Part shown: positions 22,510 to 31,670 of the stretch, piece after piece
How positions within the stretch are numbered: the first letter of the stretch is position 1
How the letters are laid out: each line of letters starts with the position of its first letter
Assembly (NCBI GenBank): GCA_965206695.1
Contig: CBDBKM010000011.1
Location: 256,001 to 320,000 of the forward strand
Direction: 5' to 3'
Length of the DNA: 64,000 nt
DNA from: Chlamydiales bacterium
GTDB taxonomy: Bacteria > Chlamydiota > Chlamydiia > Chlamydiales > JAAZZY01
Translations under genes and position numbers: made by a program
Notes under the pieces: generated by a model
The model's database searches: none
What the model saw: the letters and a program-made list of their open reading frames with translations, nothing else
Told to the model about the DNA's origin: nothing

Positions 22510-23986
22510 AATCTCTTTGTCCTCTTCTTCTTATTTCCCTAATCAAAGTAATTTTCAGATTATAAAGGTTTTTTTCTAGACCAACCGGGTATTGATGGGG
22601 ATGAATAAAACGCTTAATACCTTGATGAAAATGATTGAGCTCATTTTTAGCCCTTTGCTGAATATCTTGAAGGGTTGGCAGTTCATAAACTTGTTTACCT
22701 TCCTTAAAAATGGGTTCTAAAAGTTCTTTATAAGGGTATTTATCGGAAAGATATTTCTGTTTGGTAATATCTAAGGGATCAATGATCACGCAACAACCCG
22801 GCTTAGAAGGCGTGTTAATATCACAAATAGCATCTGCAATATATTCATTATTTTCAATATAGCGGCGTACTTGTAAAATCCCCGGATTAGTGACTTTGAT
22901 CATTTGTTCTGAGAGTTTCACTTTGTACCGCCACTCTCCACCGGGACGACGTAAGGCGGATAACTTATAAACCCCATCTAATGCAGGTTGATCTTTAGCA
23001 GTGACTAAATTTGTCCCTACTCCCCAAACTGAAATCTTAGCCCCTTGACGTAATAAATCACTAATAATAATCTCATCCAATTCATTACTGGCTAAAATAT
23101 GAGTATCTTTAAATCCGGCTTCATCAAGTAATTTTCGACTTTCAATACTTAAATAAGCCAAATCTCCGGAATCTAATCGAATACCTGCAAAATTTTTACC
23201 TTGTTCTCTTAAAATTTTCCCCGCCGCTATTGCATTTTTTACTCCTTCAATCGTATTGTATGTATCGACTAGGAAGACACAATTATTTGGCATCGCATCG
23301 GCATAAACTTTAAAAGACTCAAACTCATTATCAAAGGCCATAATCCAACTATGAGCTTGAGTTCCCTTAACAGGAATATTAAATAATTTTCCGGCTAACA
23401 CATTAGAAGTTGCTTGACATCCCCCTATGTAAGCAGCCCTTGAAGCAGAAATAGCTCCATCAATCCCTTGAGCTCGCCTTATACCAAATTCAATAACCGG
23501 ATCATCTCTAGCAGCGATACAAATTCTTGCTGCTTTAGTAGCAATGAGAGTCTGAAAATTTATCATATTCAGTAACGCACTCTCTAACAATTGACATTGT
23601 AATAAAGGCCCTTGAATTCTTAATAGCGGTTCATAAGGAAAGACCGCAGTCCCTTCAGGTACTGCGTACATGTCGCAACTAAAGGTTAATGCCTCTAAAT
23701 ACTTTAAAAAATCAGGATGAAAAAGAGGTTCATTATCGTCACCAACTAAATGACTTAAATATGCGGTATCATCCTTTGAAAAATGAAAAGAGTTTAAAAA
23801 TGCAATCACCATTTCTAAACCGGCCGAAATAGCAAAACCACCATTAAATGGCCTATGGCGAAAATTTAAATGAAAAACGGCTTCATATTTATCCAAACCA
23901 CTTTTCCAATAGCCATAGGCCATCGTTAATTCATACAGGTCAGCTAAAAGTCCAAATGAAGCACTATAAAGCTTTCCTATTGTCAT
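22475..23986 (-). CDS. pncB: Nicotinate phosphoribosyltransferase
   Basis: DLYELTM, EFGIRRAQG, GTQAHSW, LVDTY and IRLDSGDL motifs. Confidence 0.95.
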   Translation of the reverse strand: MTIGKLYSASFGLLADLYELTMAYGYWKSGLDKYEAVFHLNFRHRPFNGGFAISAGLEMVIAFLNSFHFSKDDTAYLSHLVGDDNEPLFHPDFLKYLEALTFSCDMYAVPEGTAVFPYEPLLRIQGPLLQCQLLESALLNMINFQTLIATKAARICIAARDDPVIEFGIRRAQGIDGAISASRAAYIGGCQATSNVLAGKLFNIPVKGTQAHSWIMAFDNEFESFKVYADAMPNNCVFLVDTYNTIEGVKNAIAAGKILREQGKNFAGIRLDSGDLAYLSIESRKLLDEAGFKDTHILASNELDEIIISDLLRQGAKISVWGVGTNLVTAKDQPALDGVYKLSALRRPGGEWRYKVKLSEQMIKVTNPGILQVRRYIENNEYIADAICDINTPSKPGCCVIIDPLDITKQKYLSDKYPYKELLEPIFKEGKQVYELPTLQDIQQRAKNELNHFHQGIKRFIHPHQYPVGLEKNLYNLKITLIREIRRRGQRDYESVDSGGFTK

Positions 23987-24052
23987 TACTTTAGCCTTAT
24001 TTAATTAAATTTACCGATAAAAAATAGGCCAACAAGTTATAAATTGCAATCG

Positions 24053-24215
24053 TTGACAGCTCCCAACCCTCAAGGGCCGGGACACAAAGCTTGGTTTTCG
24101 CAATAAAAACTCCTAAGGGGGAACTGTTACGGTCTTCAACCAACCCCATGATCCCCCGGGTCTGATATCTCTCCAAAGGCTTAACTTACCCGCTACCCCA
24201 CGGTAGATCTAAAAG
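24053..24215 (-). ncRNA. Putative TnpB omega/reRNA scaffold
   Basis: ACCGTGGGGTAGCGGGTAAGTTAAGCCTTTGGAGAG resembles the 3' tails of tnpB elements (recalled similarity, not searched). A TGTATACT -10-like box lies at 24231-24224. Confidence 0.55.
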
Positions 24216-24324
24216 ATAGGAATAGTATACAAAAATATGAGAATTAACACGAATACGAAACGACACTTTAATCGAGACGCTCTCATCCCAATGCTAAATC
24301 AAAGAGTTGTCTCGCTTAATTGTC
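24053..24324 (-). mobile_element. Non-autonomous IS200/IS605 derivative (left end, omega/reRNA-like region, right end)
   Basis: The minus strand begins GACAATTAAGCGAGA, like the neighbouring IS605 left end, and finishes with the hairpin CCCGGCCCTTGAGGGTTGGG followed by AGCTGTCAA. No ORF. Confidence 0.7.
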
Positions 24325-24382
24325 ATAAATTTATGACAATTAAACGAGAAAACCCACCTTTTTAAGGGTGGGATGAAAGTGT

Positions 24383-24790
24383 CTATTTGTTTTTTTGATT
24401 CCGTATATACTTTCTGATTGTATATTCATTTAATTTTCCAACACTATCAACATAATAAGACCGTGTCCACAGTGTGGGTAACCCGGATCTTAAGCTTGAA
24501 AATTCTGGCCTTAATATTCGGCTTGTATATCCCTTAAGTTGTCCTATGAAAAATTGTGGCGAATATATAGGCTTGGTATTTAAAAAAATATGTACGTGAT
24601 CAGGCATAATATTCAGTTCGTGAATCTCTATATTTAGTTGTAGAGCTTTTAATTCTAATAATTCCTTTAAACGAACAACAATATCACCTTCAAGAACCTT
24701 TCTCCTATATTTAGGACACCAAATAACATGGTAACTAAGGGTAAAAACTGCTGTTTTAGAGGTTTTCCGTCTTTCCGGATAGACAATATA
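24383..24790 (-). pseudogene. tnpA: IS200/IS605 Y1 transposase, frameshifted near 24660
   Basis: YHVIWCPKYRRKVL in one frame; MPDHVHIF (HUH), LWTRSYY and YIRNQK in another. Confidence 0.85.
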
Positions 24791-24816
24791 TATATACCGG
24801 ACATATAATGCAATAC

Positions 24817-25551
24817 ATGATGATCAAAAAAGCATATAAATTTAGATTCTATCCAACAAAAAAACAAAAGGAGTTGCTTGCAAAAAGCTTTGGATGTTCC
24901 GGAGTTGTATATAATCAAGCTTTAAACTTTAAGATCAAGAAATATCAGGAATACAAAGAGAATGTAAGTTATTCTAAAACATCGGCATTCTTGACAAGTC
25001 TTAAGCAAAACAAAGAGTTTCTTTGGTTAAACGAAGTTTCTTCTGTTTGTCTGCAACAAAGTCTTAGAGATCTTGATAGAGCTTTTTTAAACTTTTTTAA
25101 AAAAAGGTCAAATTTCCCTCGCTTTAAAAACAAACACAGTACGCAGGCAATACGATTAACTAAGTCAGCATTTAGTTGGGATGGGGTTAATCTTAAGATT
25201 GCAAAATCTAAAGACAGATTAAAAATACATTGGTCAAGGTGTTTTTTAGGTACACCAACAGGTATAACAATCACAAAAGACTCTTGTGACAGGTATTTTG
25301 TGAGCCTATTAGTAGAAGAAGAAGTGATCCCTTTTGAGAAGAGAAATAATTCTGTCGGTATAGATTTAGGATTAACGACATTCGCAACTCTTTCTACAGG
25401 GAAAAAGATTACGGCACCTAAACCTTTTAGATTTCATAAGAAAAGACTAAAAAGAACACAACGTTCTCTTAGCAAAGCTAAAGTCAAAGGTAAAAACAGA
25501 CTCAAAAAAAGAAGATCGGTGGCTTCGATACATTCGAAGATAAAAAATATA
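24817..25551 (+). pseudogene. tnpB: TnpB, truncated after RuvC-I
   Basis: KAYKFRFYPT, LQQSLRDL, FPRFK and VGIDLG motifs. It ends at the IS630 junction and lacks RuvC-II, the zinc finger and RuvC-III. Confidence 0.9.
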
Positions 25552-26486
25552 TAGTCATTTAATTTTACATTGATAAGATTGCTTGATCAATGGCGAATTT
25601 AAAATTCGTAACTTTTCGTAATATCTCTCTAACTTTATTTTTCATATTAGCCCAATATTTTTCTATAGGATTTAAGTCCGGAGAATAGGGAGGAAGAAAC
25701 ATAAGCTTACAACCGGCAGATTCTACTGTTTTCCTGCTTTCCGCTGACTTGTGAAAACCGGCATTGTCAAGAATAAGAACACTACCGGGTGTAAGCTGAG
25801 GAGTCAAAACTTCCTTAAGCCAAATATTGAATAACCCGGTATTACAAGTACCTTCAAAACACATTGGAGATAAAAACTGCCCTTTAGATAGGGCTGAAAT
25901 AATATTTTGCCTTATAAAGCGGTTTCCTGCAACCGCTCCAAAAACTCTTTTGCCGCGTAAGCTTCTTCCGGACTCACGAAATAAAAATTGATGAATCCCG
26001 GTTTCATCGAGATAAATTCTCTTGTCAAAGGGAATATTTTTTAAATCTTTCATAAAAGCTTCCCGTTTCTTTTCATCTCTTTCCTTATAGCGAGTAGTTT
26101 TTTTTTTCGTGTAATTTTTAATCTTTTAAGGGCATAAAAAATCGTTTGCGGAGTGACTGAAAAATAATCAGCAATTTCCGATAAAAAATAATCCGGATGT
26201 TTTTCTACATATTTAGATAACAACTCATCATCTAATTTCTTATAAGCATATTTTCTGCGGATTGGCTTTAAATGTCCTTTTTGCTTTTTTTGCAAGATCC
26301 ATCGATATATTGTTGCGATACCTACTTGAAAAATATGGCCGGCTGTTTTTTTATCATGATGTTTTTCTATATGTTGTAATACTTTCTCTCGAAGATCTAC
26401 TGAATAGGCTCTAGGCATTGTTTTGTCCTTACTGGTTGTATAAAAAAAGAAGGATAACATATTATCAAATAAAAATTAAAATACTA
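25552..26486 (-). mobile_element. IS630-family element A, copy 3 (apparently intact)
   Basis: Near-identical sequence, IRs, TA flanks. Confidence 0.95.
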
Positions 26487-26488
26487 TA

Positions 26489-27044
26489 CATGAAATGTAG
26501 AGAAACAGCATGTGCATGGTTTTCTGCTTTTTAGAAAATCCATTAGTAAGCCGAGTAAATTTACGCATTGACATTCGCATATTTAAGCTGTTTCTTTCTG
26601 CGATACTTGTAGATTATGTGCTTGGTATCCGGATTTCCTGAAATCTTATTTTTAATACTTTTTACATGCTTAGATGGACTGTATCTTTTTTCTTTGGTCA
26701 TCATTCTATTCTTTAATGACTAATCAAAAACCTTTTATTATCCTTTATTTCTTCCATCTAGCATTTGCCGCCTTTTTTGCTATACTTTTTCGTTCTTCTG
26801 CAGAAAATGCTTTTGCTCTTGCATTACCGCTCTTTAATCCACCCGGTCTTCCTAAGGATACCGTAGCTTTATTTTTGCCATCCTCTCTAAATCGGGGAGT
26901 TGTTGATCTCCTGTAGTAGCATCGCAAATTAATTCTGCTAACCGGTTACTATCGGATGGTCTTTTTTGGGCATAATTATTTGTTATGATTAAAATGCTTA
27001 TTCAGTCAAGATAAAAATATTTTAATTCAAACTGAGACACTACC
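26489..27044 (-). mobile_element. IS1-like element remnant with a small basic passenger ORF
   Basis: End sequence GGTAGTGTCTCAGTTTGAA (minus strand from 27044). Transposase fragment STSIAERNSLNMRMSMRKFTRLTNGFSKK. Frameshifted small protein ending AKKAANARWKK (26745-26973). Confidence 0.7.
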
Positions 27045-27129
27045 AAAATATTAAAAGGTTTGCGTAAAATATACGTTAAGGGTTACGTTAAAGATGGAGT
27101 TAAACCTCAAAATATATTGGAGGTGTACG

Positions 27130-27630
27130 ATGAGTAACTATAAGCATATCTTAATAGCTGCTGACTTAATTCAACATGATGATGAAATAGTCACAGCTAA
27201 GGCTTTGGATCTTGCAAAAGCTTCCGGAGCAAAATTAAGTCTGATACATGTTGTAGAATATATGTATAGCTATGGCTCGCAATGGCAAATTGAAAATATT
27301 GATGTTTGGCAAGAAGAGCTCGAGAACAGTGCTAAAAAAAGATTAGATATTCTGGGAGAACATTTGAATATTGTTCCGGAAAATCGAATTTTAGCTACAG
27401 GTCAGGCTAAGAATGTCATTCTTCAAATTGTTGGAGAAATTGGTGCCGATTTACTTGTTGTTGGCAGTCATGGGCATCATGGCTTAGGCCTTATTTTATT
27501 TGGTTCAACATCACAAGGGCTTTTACAGCGCGCAGATTGTGATATTTTAGCTATACGAGTGCCTAATAAGGTTGCTCATACAGACAAGATCCTAAAAACA
27601 GAAAAAGCGTTGGAACCCGCTTTGTTTTAA
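27130..27630 (+). CDS. Universal stress protein (UspA family)
   Basis: YKHILIAADL, ADLLVVGSHG and CDILAIR motifs. GGAGG RBS before the ATG at 27130. Confidence 0.9.
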   Translation: MSNYKHILIAADLIQHDDEIVTAKALDLAKASGAKLSLIHVVEYMYSYGSQWQIENIDVWQEELENSAKKRLDILGEHLNIVPENRILATGQAKNVILQIVGEIGADLLVVGSHGHHGLGLILFGSTSQGLLQRADCDILAIRVPNKVAHTDKILKTEKALEPALF

Positions 27631-27642
27631 AAGATCAACTCC

Positions 27643-27676
27643 AAAGTAAGCTGTATACATGATACAGCTTACTTTT
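27643..27676 (+). terminator. Intrinsic terminator after usp
   Basis: AAAGTAAGCTGTAT-ACATG-ATACAGCTTACTTTT hairpin with a U tract. Confidence 0.8.
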
Positions 27677-27795
27677 TGTCCGGTTTCAATTATGATTTTG
27701 AATACGTTTCGATATATCTTTTTGCATCGGAAAAGTGTTTACAGGAACCTTTTTAAAAAAATAGAACTGTAATTCAGTAAACTCACTATCCGGAT

Positions 27796-28164
27796 CATTA
27801 ATTCGTGTTGGAGGCTTATGATCTTGCCAAACATCGTGTTTGACTCACCGCTCTTTTCCTGTTTTAACATTGTTCCATCTATGCCGTTGGCTTTTTGCCT
27901 GGCTCAGGATTATAACTTTCGTCTCACAACTCCGCAGGCTAGATTCACCGTTCACGCAACGGCGAGATTAAAAAATCAAGGCTACTTTAACACGAGAGCT
28001 TATTTTGTTAAAAGCTAAATAAAATTTTAATATGTGAAAATAGCACATAGCTTCAACTAAGGATAAATGCCTTTCAAACTCTCTGCCGTCGCAACCGAGT
28101 TTGGGGTCAACTGCATCCTTGCAGTCTCCATGGGGCCAGATATTCCTTAGCCTCAGAATTAATG
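27796..28164 (-). ncRNA. Unassigned highly structured RNA-like element
   Basis: Paired termini, several internal hairpins with G-U pairs that favour the minus strand, a GAAA tetraloop, and no credible ORF. Confidence 0.55.
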
Positions 28165-28219
28165 GTAATAACATATCTAGCGGTTTAAATTATAATTTTC
28201 ATAACACATTCATTCATCA

Positions 28220-28800
28220 CTAATTCGATAGAATAGAGAATGCATGGTTGCTAGGATTCAGATCCGGTGAATAAGCCGGAAGAAAGAAAATACGATATCC
28301 TGCTTTTTCTATAGGCCTGTCCGTTTCCTGCGATTTATAGAACGTTGCATTATCCATGATCACAACTTGTCCGGATTTTAATTCAGGAATGAGAAATTCT
28401 TTTAACCACATGTTGAAAAGATCTGTATTACAAGTCCCGCGATAGCAAAAAGGTGCTCGAATATGAACTTTTCTTTATGCAGAAATAAAGCTTTCTCTTG
28501 CATATCTCATACCGAAGAGTGCTCCATATACTTGAGGTCTCCCTTCCCGGCTCAGCTATCTATTGCTTTCACTTTACATCAAGGTAAAGGCGATCTTTTT
28601 CCTCTATCTGTTTGATTTTTTCAATAAATTTTATTCTTTTCTTATCATCCCGCTCTTTGTAGTACGACGTCTTTTTTTAGAGAAATTTTGAGTCTCTTAC
28701 AGGCATAAAAAACTGCTTGGAGAGTGAATCCACACTCCCCTGCTATTTCTCAAAGATAGGCATCCGGATGTTCTTGAACAAACGATCGCAGTTTTTCACT
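28220..28800 (-). pseudogene. Degenerate IS630 element C
   Basis: EHPDAYL, MDNATFYKS and LPAYSPDLNP fragments with stops and frameshifts. Confidence 0.8.
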
Positions 28801-28929
28801 AAACTTGTTGCGCAATAAAAGTTGTATCAGTTTAGCTCGCTTTAAAAGTCCTTCAATCATCTGCTCGCCTCTATATTTTTCTGAAAAACTTTATCGGCAA
28901 CCAATAAAAATTTAAACCGCAACAAGTCT
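28801..28929. repeat. MITE or internally deleted IS, about 129 bp
   Basis: IR (T)AAACTTGTTGCG / CGCAACAAGTCT(A), 12 of 13 positions matched. Confidence 0.5.
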
Positions 28930-29109
28930 AATAAAGTACCGATCAAATTGAATCATTCCGTTGGGATCTCGACTTTGCCTGCTTAAGATATTAATTAACT
29001 AATCCTTAATTATTTATTATAAATTCTTTAGTAAAATATATATTTTAATACAAATTAAACAATTAAAGCGCATAATTGCATTGTATCGAAAATATAAATG
29101 TAGGTTATT

Positions 29110-30339
29110 ATGATTGTTTTTAACACTGAATACACACAAGACATTCCATGTCTTACTAATCATGAAGAACCAAGTCAAGCATCTGTAATCAGTAATAACA
29201 ACTTCTTATGAGATAGAGGTAAATACAGACCTTATAGTCATTTAATTTTATATTGATAAGATTGCTTGATCAATGGCGAATTTAAAATTCGTAACTTTTC
29301 GTAATATCTCTCTAACTTTATTTTTCATATTAGCCCAATATTTTTCTATAGGATTTAAGTCCGGAGAATAGGGAGGAAGAAACATAAGCTTACAACCGGC
29401 AGATTCTACTGTTTTTCTGCTTTCCGCTGACTTGTGAAAACCTGCATTGTCAAGAATAAGAACACTACCGGGTGTAAGCTGAGGAGTCAAAACTTCCTTA
29501 AGCCAAATATTGAATAACCCGGTATTACAAGTACCTTCAAAACACATTGGAGATAAAAACTGCCCTTTAGATAGGGCTGAAATAATATTTTGCCTTATAA
29601 AGCGGTTTCCTGAAACCGCTCCAAAAACTTTTTTGCCGCGTAAGCTTCTTCCGGACTCACGAAATAAAAATTGATGAATCCCGGTTTCATCGAGATAAAT
29701 TCTCTTGTCAAAGGGAATATTTTTTAAATCTTTCATAAAAGCTTCCCGTTTCTTTTCATCTCTTTCCTTATAGCGAGTAGTTTTTTTTTCGTGTAATTTT
29801 TAATCTTTTAAGGGCATAAAAAATCGTTTGCGGAGTGACTGAAAAATAATCAGCAATTTCCGATAAAAAATAATCCGGATGTTTTTCTACATATTTAGAT
29901 AACAACTCATCATCTAATTTCTTATAAGCATATTTTCTGCGGATTGGCTTTAAATGTCCTTTTTGCTTTTTTTGCAAGATCCATCGATATATTGTTGCGA
30001 TACCTACTTGAAAAATATGGCCGGCTGTTTTTTTATCATGATGTTTTTCTATATGTTGTCATACTTTCTCTCGAAGATCTACTGAATAGGCTCTAGGCAT
30101 TGTTTTGTCCTTACTGTTTGTATAAAAAAAGAAGGATAACATATTATCAAATAAAAATTAAAATACTATACACCACAGGAAGATCCTAAGAAGAATTTGT
30201 AGCAAGGATGCGTGATACAGTTCTTGAAGCACAGGAAGCACGTCTATACTCTTCACTACTGAAAGGTACACAAAAAATTATAGATATGATATTAACTTTG
30301 TATGAACCGGTTATCTTCAAGCCAAAGAAGCACTTTTGA
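29110..30339 (+). pseudogene. Decayed orphan ORF split by IS630-A copy 4
   Basis: The frame continues across the TA site (KYRPY|TTGRS) with in-frame stops on both sides. Confidence 0.35.
29235..30168 (-). mobile_element. IS630-family element A, copy 4 (TGA in ORF1, A9 slip site)
   Basis: Near-identical sequence with TA flanks. Confidence 0.95.
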
Positions 30340-30513
30340 ATTTCAGGTAAAAAAGACGTCGTACTACAAAGAGCGGGATGACAAGAACAGAATAGAACTT
30401 ATAAGACTTCTGCATATGATAGAAAAACTTCGCTTAGTTATGAGTACGTACTCAAATGCAAGCCCCTAATTTTTAAATCTTAAAACAAATGCGTATGCTT
30501 TGTCAGACCGGAT

Positions 30514-31605
30514 TTATTCACCGGAGTCTACAACCTGTCCCTTTTCATTTTCTTGAAATGAAAAGTAACTAAATAGGTTACCTAATGAAGCTATAACAGT
30601 AGAGCCACATTCTTTAATGTAATTGAGATAGTAGTTCCTCTTATCTTCAACTTGTCTAGAATATAGTATTGTCACAGTTTTATCAGCATTGATTTTTAAT
30701 TTAGCCACTTCATTAGTAGAAGGAAAACGATTATTAAGCGTCTCTTGAATAAAGTGATATAGATTTTGAGCTTTTGGATAATGTCCGTGATCTTCAACAA
30801 TGGATGTACAATTAACCACCTGTATATTTCTTGCTATCTTCTCAAGGTCTTGAGTACCGCAATACCCTAAAGCATAATTCATCTCAACAACAGGATATAA
30901 CCATCTTAATACACTATCATTTTCAGAAGTGAAAACGTACATATCCTCACATTTTTTAGACACGTTATAAAACTCATGCCCTTCTTCTAACGCATCAAAG
31001 TTAATAGCCGGAGCTAGAGCAAAGATGTTACGAAGAACAGGCTTTTTATATTCATCTATTTGATCCAACGCTTTAAATAACGCTAAATTACCCATACTAT
31101 GAGCAACTACATCAACCTTATCTGCTATCTGAGATAAATGGGTAATATGATCTTTAACTCTCGGAACAAGAAGCTCGACATTTTGTTTAGCAGCTAAATA
31201 CGACCATTGAGCTTCATATCCCGGCCATACATAACCAACTACTGCATCATAAGGACCATCCGAAAGAGGTGTTCCATAAAAATAGTTCTCTACTCTTCGA
31301 TAAATATTGGAGATACTACCTAGATCCGATTCTAATTTTTCCACTTCATCTTTAAGCTTATAATAGGAATTAACCAGAAGAGGGCCTGTACTGTTATAGC
31401 CATGCATCACAAACAAGATACGCTTTCCTTTTAGGGAATCAAAAAAAAGATCCTGATCCTCAGTTGATACTGATTCCGATGTTCCATCTCTTTTTAACCA
31501 TCGACATTGTGATTGTTCAGAAAGATAGTTAGGATCTAAAAAATTTTCACCACCCCTATCACTTACGATAAATATGGAATCACTCTGTATCATCATTATC
31601 CTCAA
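30514..31605 (-). CDS. DUF900-like alpha/beta hydrolase
   Basis: MHGYN, WP, AHSMG nucleophile elbow, APA, SENDSVL and HGHY motifs. Confidence 0.75.
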   Translation of the reverse strand: MRIMMIQSDSIFIVSDRGGENFLDPNYLSEQSQCRWLKRDGTSESVSTEDQDLFFDSLKGKRILFVMHGYNSTGPLLVNSYYKLKDEVEKLESDLGSISNIYRRVENYFYGTPLSDGPYDAVVGYVWPGYEAQWSYLAAKQNVELLVPRVKDHITHLSQIADKVDVVAHSMGNLALFKALDQIDEYKKPVLRNIFALAPAINFDALEEGHEFYNVSKKCEDMYVFTSENDSVLRWLYPVVEMNYALGYCGTQDLEKIARNIQVVNCTSIVEDHGHYPKAQNLYHFIQETLNNRFPSTNEVAKLKINADKTVTILYSRQVEDKRNYYLNYIKECGSTVIASLGNLFSYFSFQENEKGQVVDSGE

Positions 31606-31670
31606 AATTTAAATTTAATAAGATTGTAACTTTAATAAATGAAAAACACAACTAAACAAATTATTTTGTA

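Larger units (their letters stand above)
24335..25551 (+). mobile_element. IS605-type element (left end, divergent tnpA and tnpB), 3'-truncated by IS630-A
   Basis: Left-end hairpin CCCACCTTTTTAAGGGTGGG at 24353-24372, Y1 transposase and TnpB N-terminal half. Confidence 0.9.

Noticed and set aside
24817..25554. Truncated TnpB as a domesticated nuclease-dead regulator
   Set aside because: The truncation coincides exactly with an IS630 end and tnpA is also broken, which points to simple decay.
27796..28164. Group I intron call from the AATCCTGAGCC and GAGACT/GAGTC motifs
   Set aside because: The motifs are not in P-Q-R-S order, there is no clear P4 partner, and no interrupted host gene is evident.
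27818..28174. ORFs of 66 and 68 aa over the structured element
   Set aside because: Short, mutually overlapping and without recognisable motifs; better explained by RNA structure.
25552..30168. Composite transposon of IS630-A copies 3 and 4 carrying usp and the structured RNA
   Set aside because: The flanks of copy 4 rejoin into one decayed reading frame, and tnpB does not resume after 30168. Copy 4 looks like an independent insertion.
30344..30400. Approximately 55-bp inverted match to 28630-28680
   Set aside because: It is a small scrap of an IS630-C-like frameshift region and is treated as IS debris.
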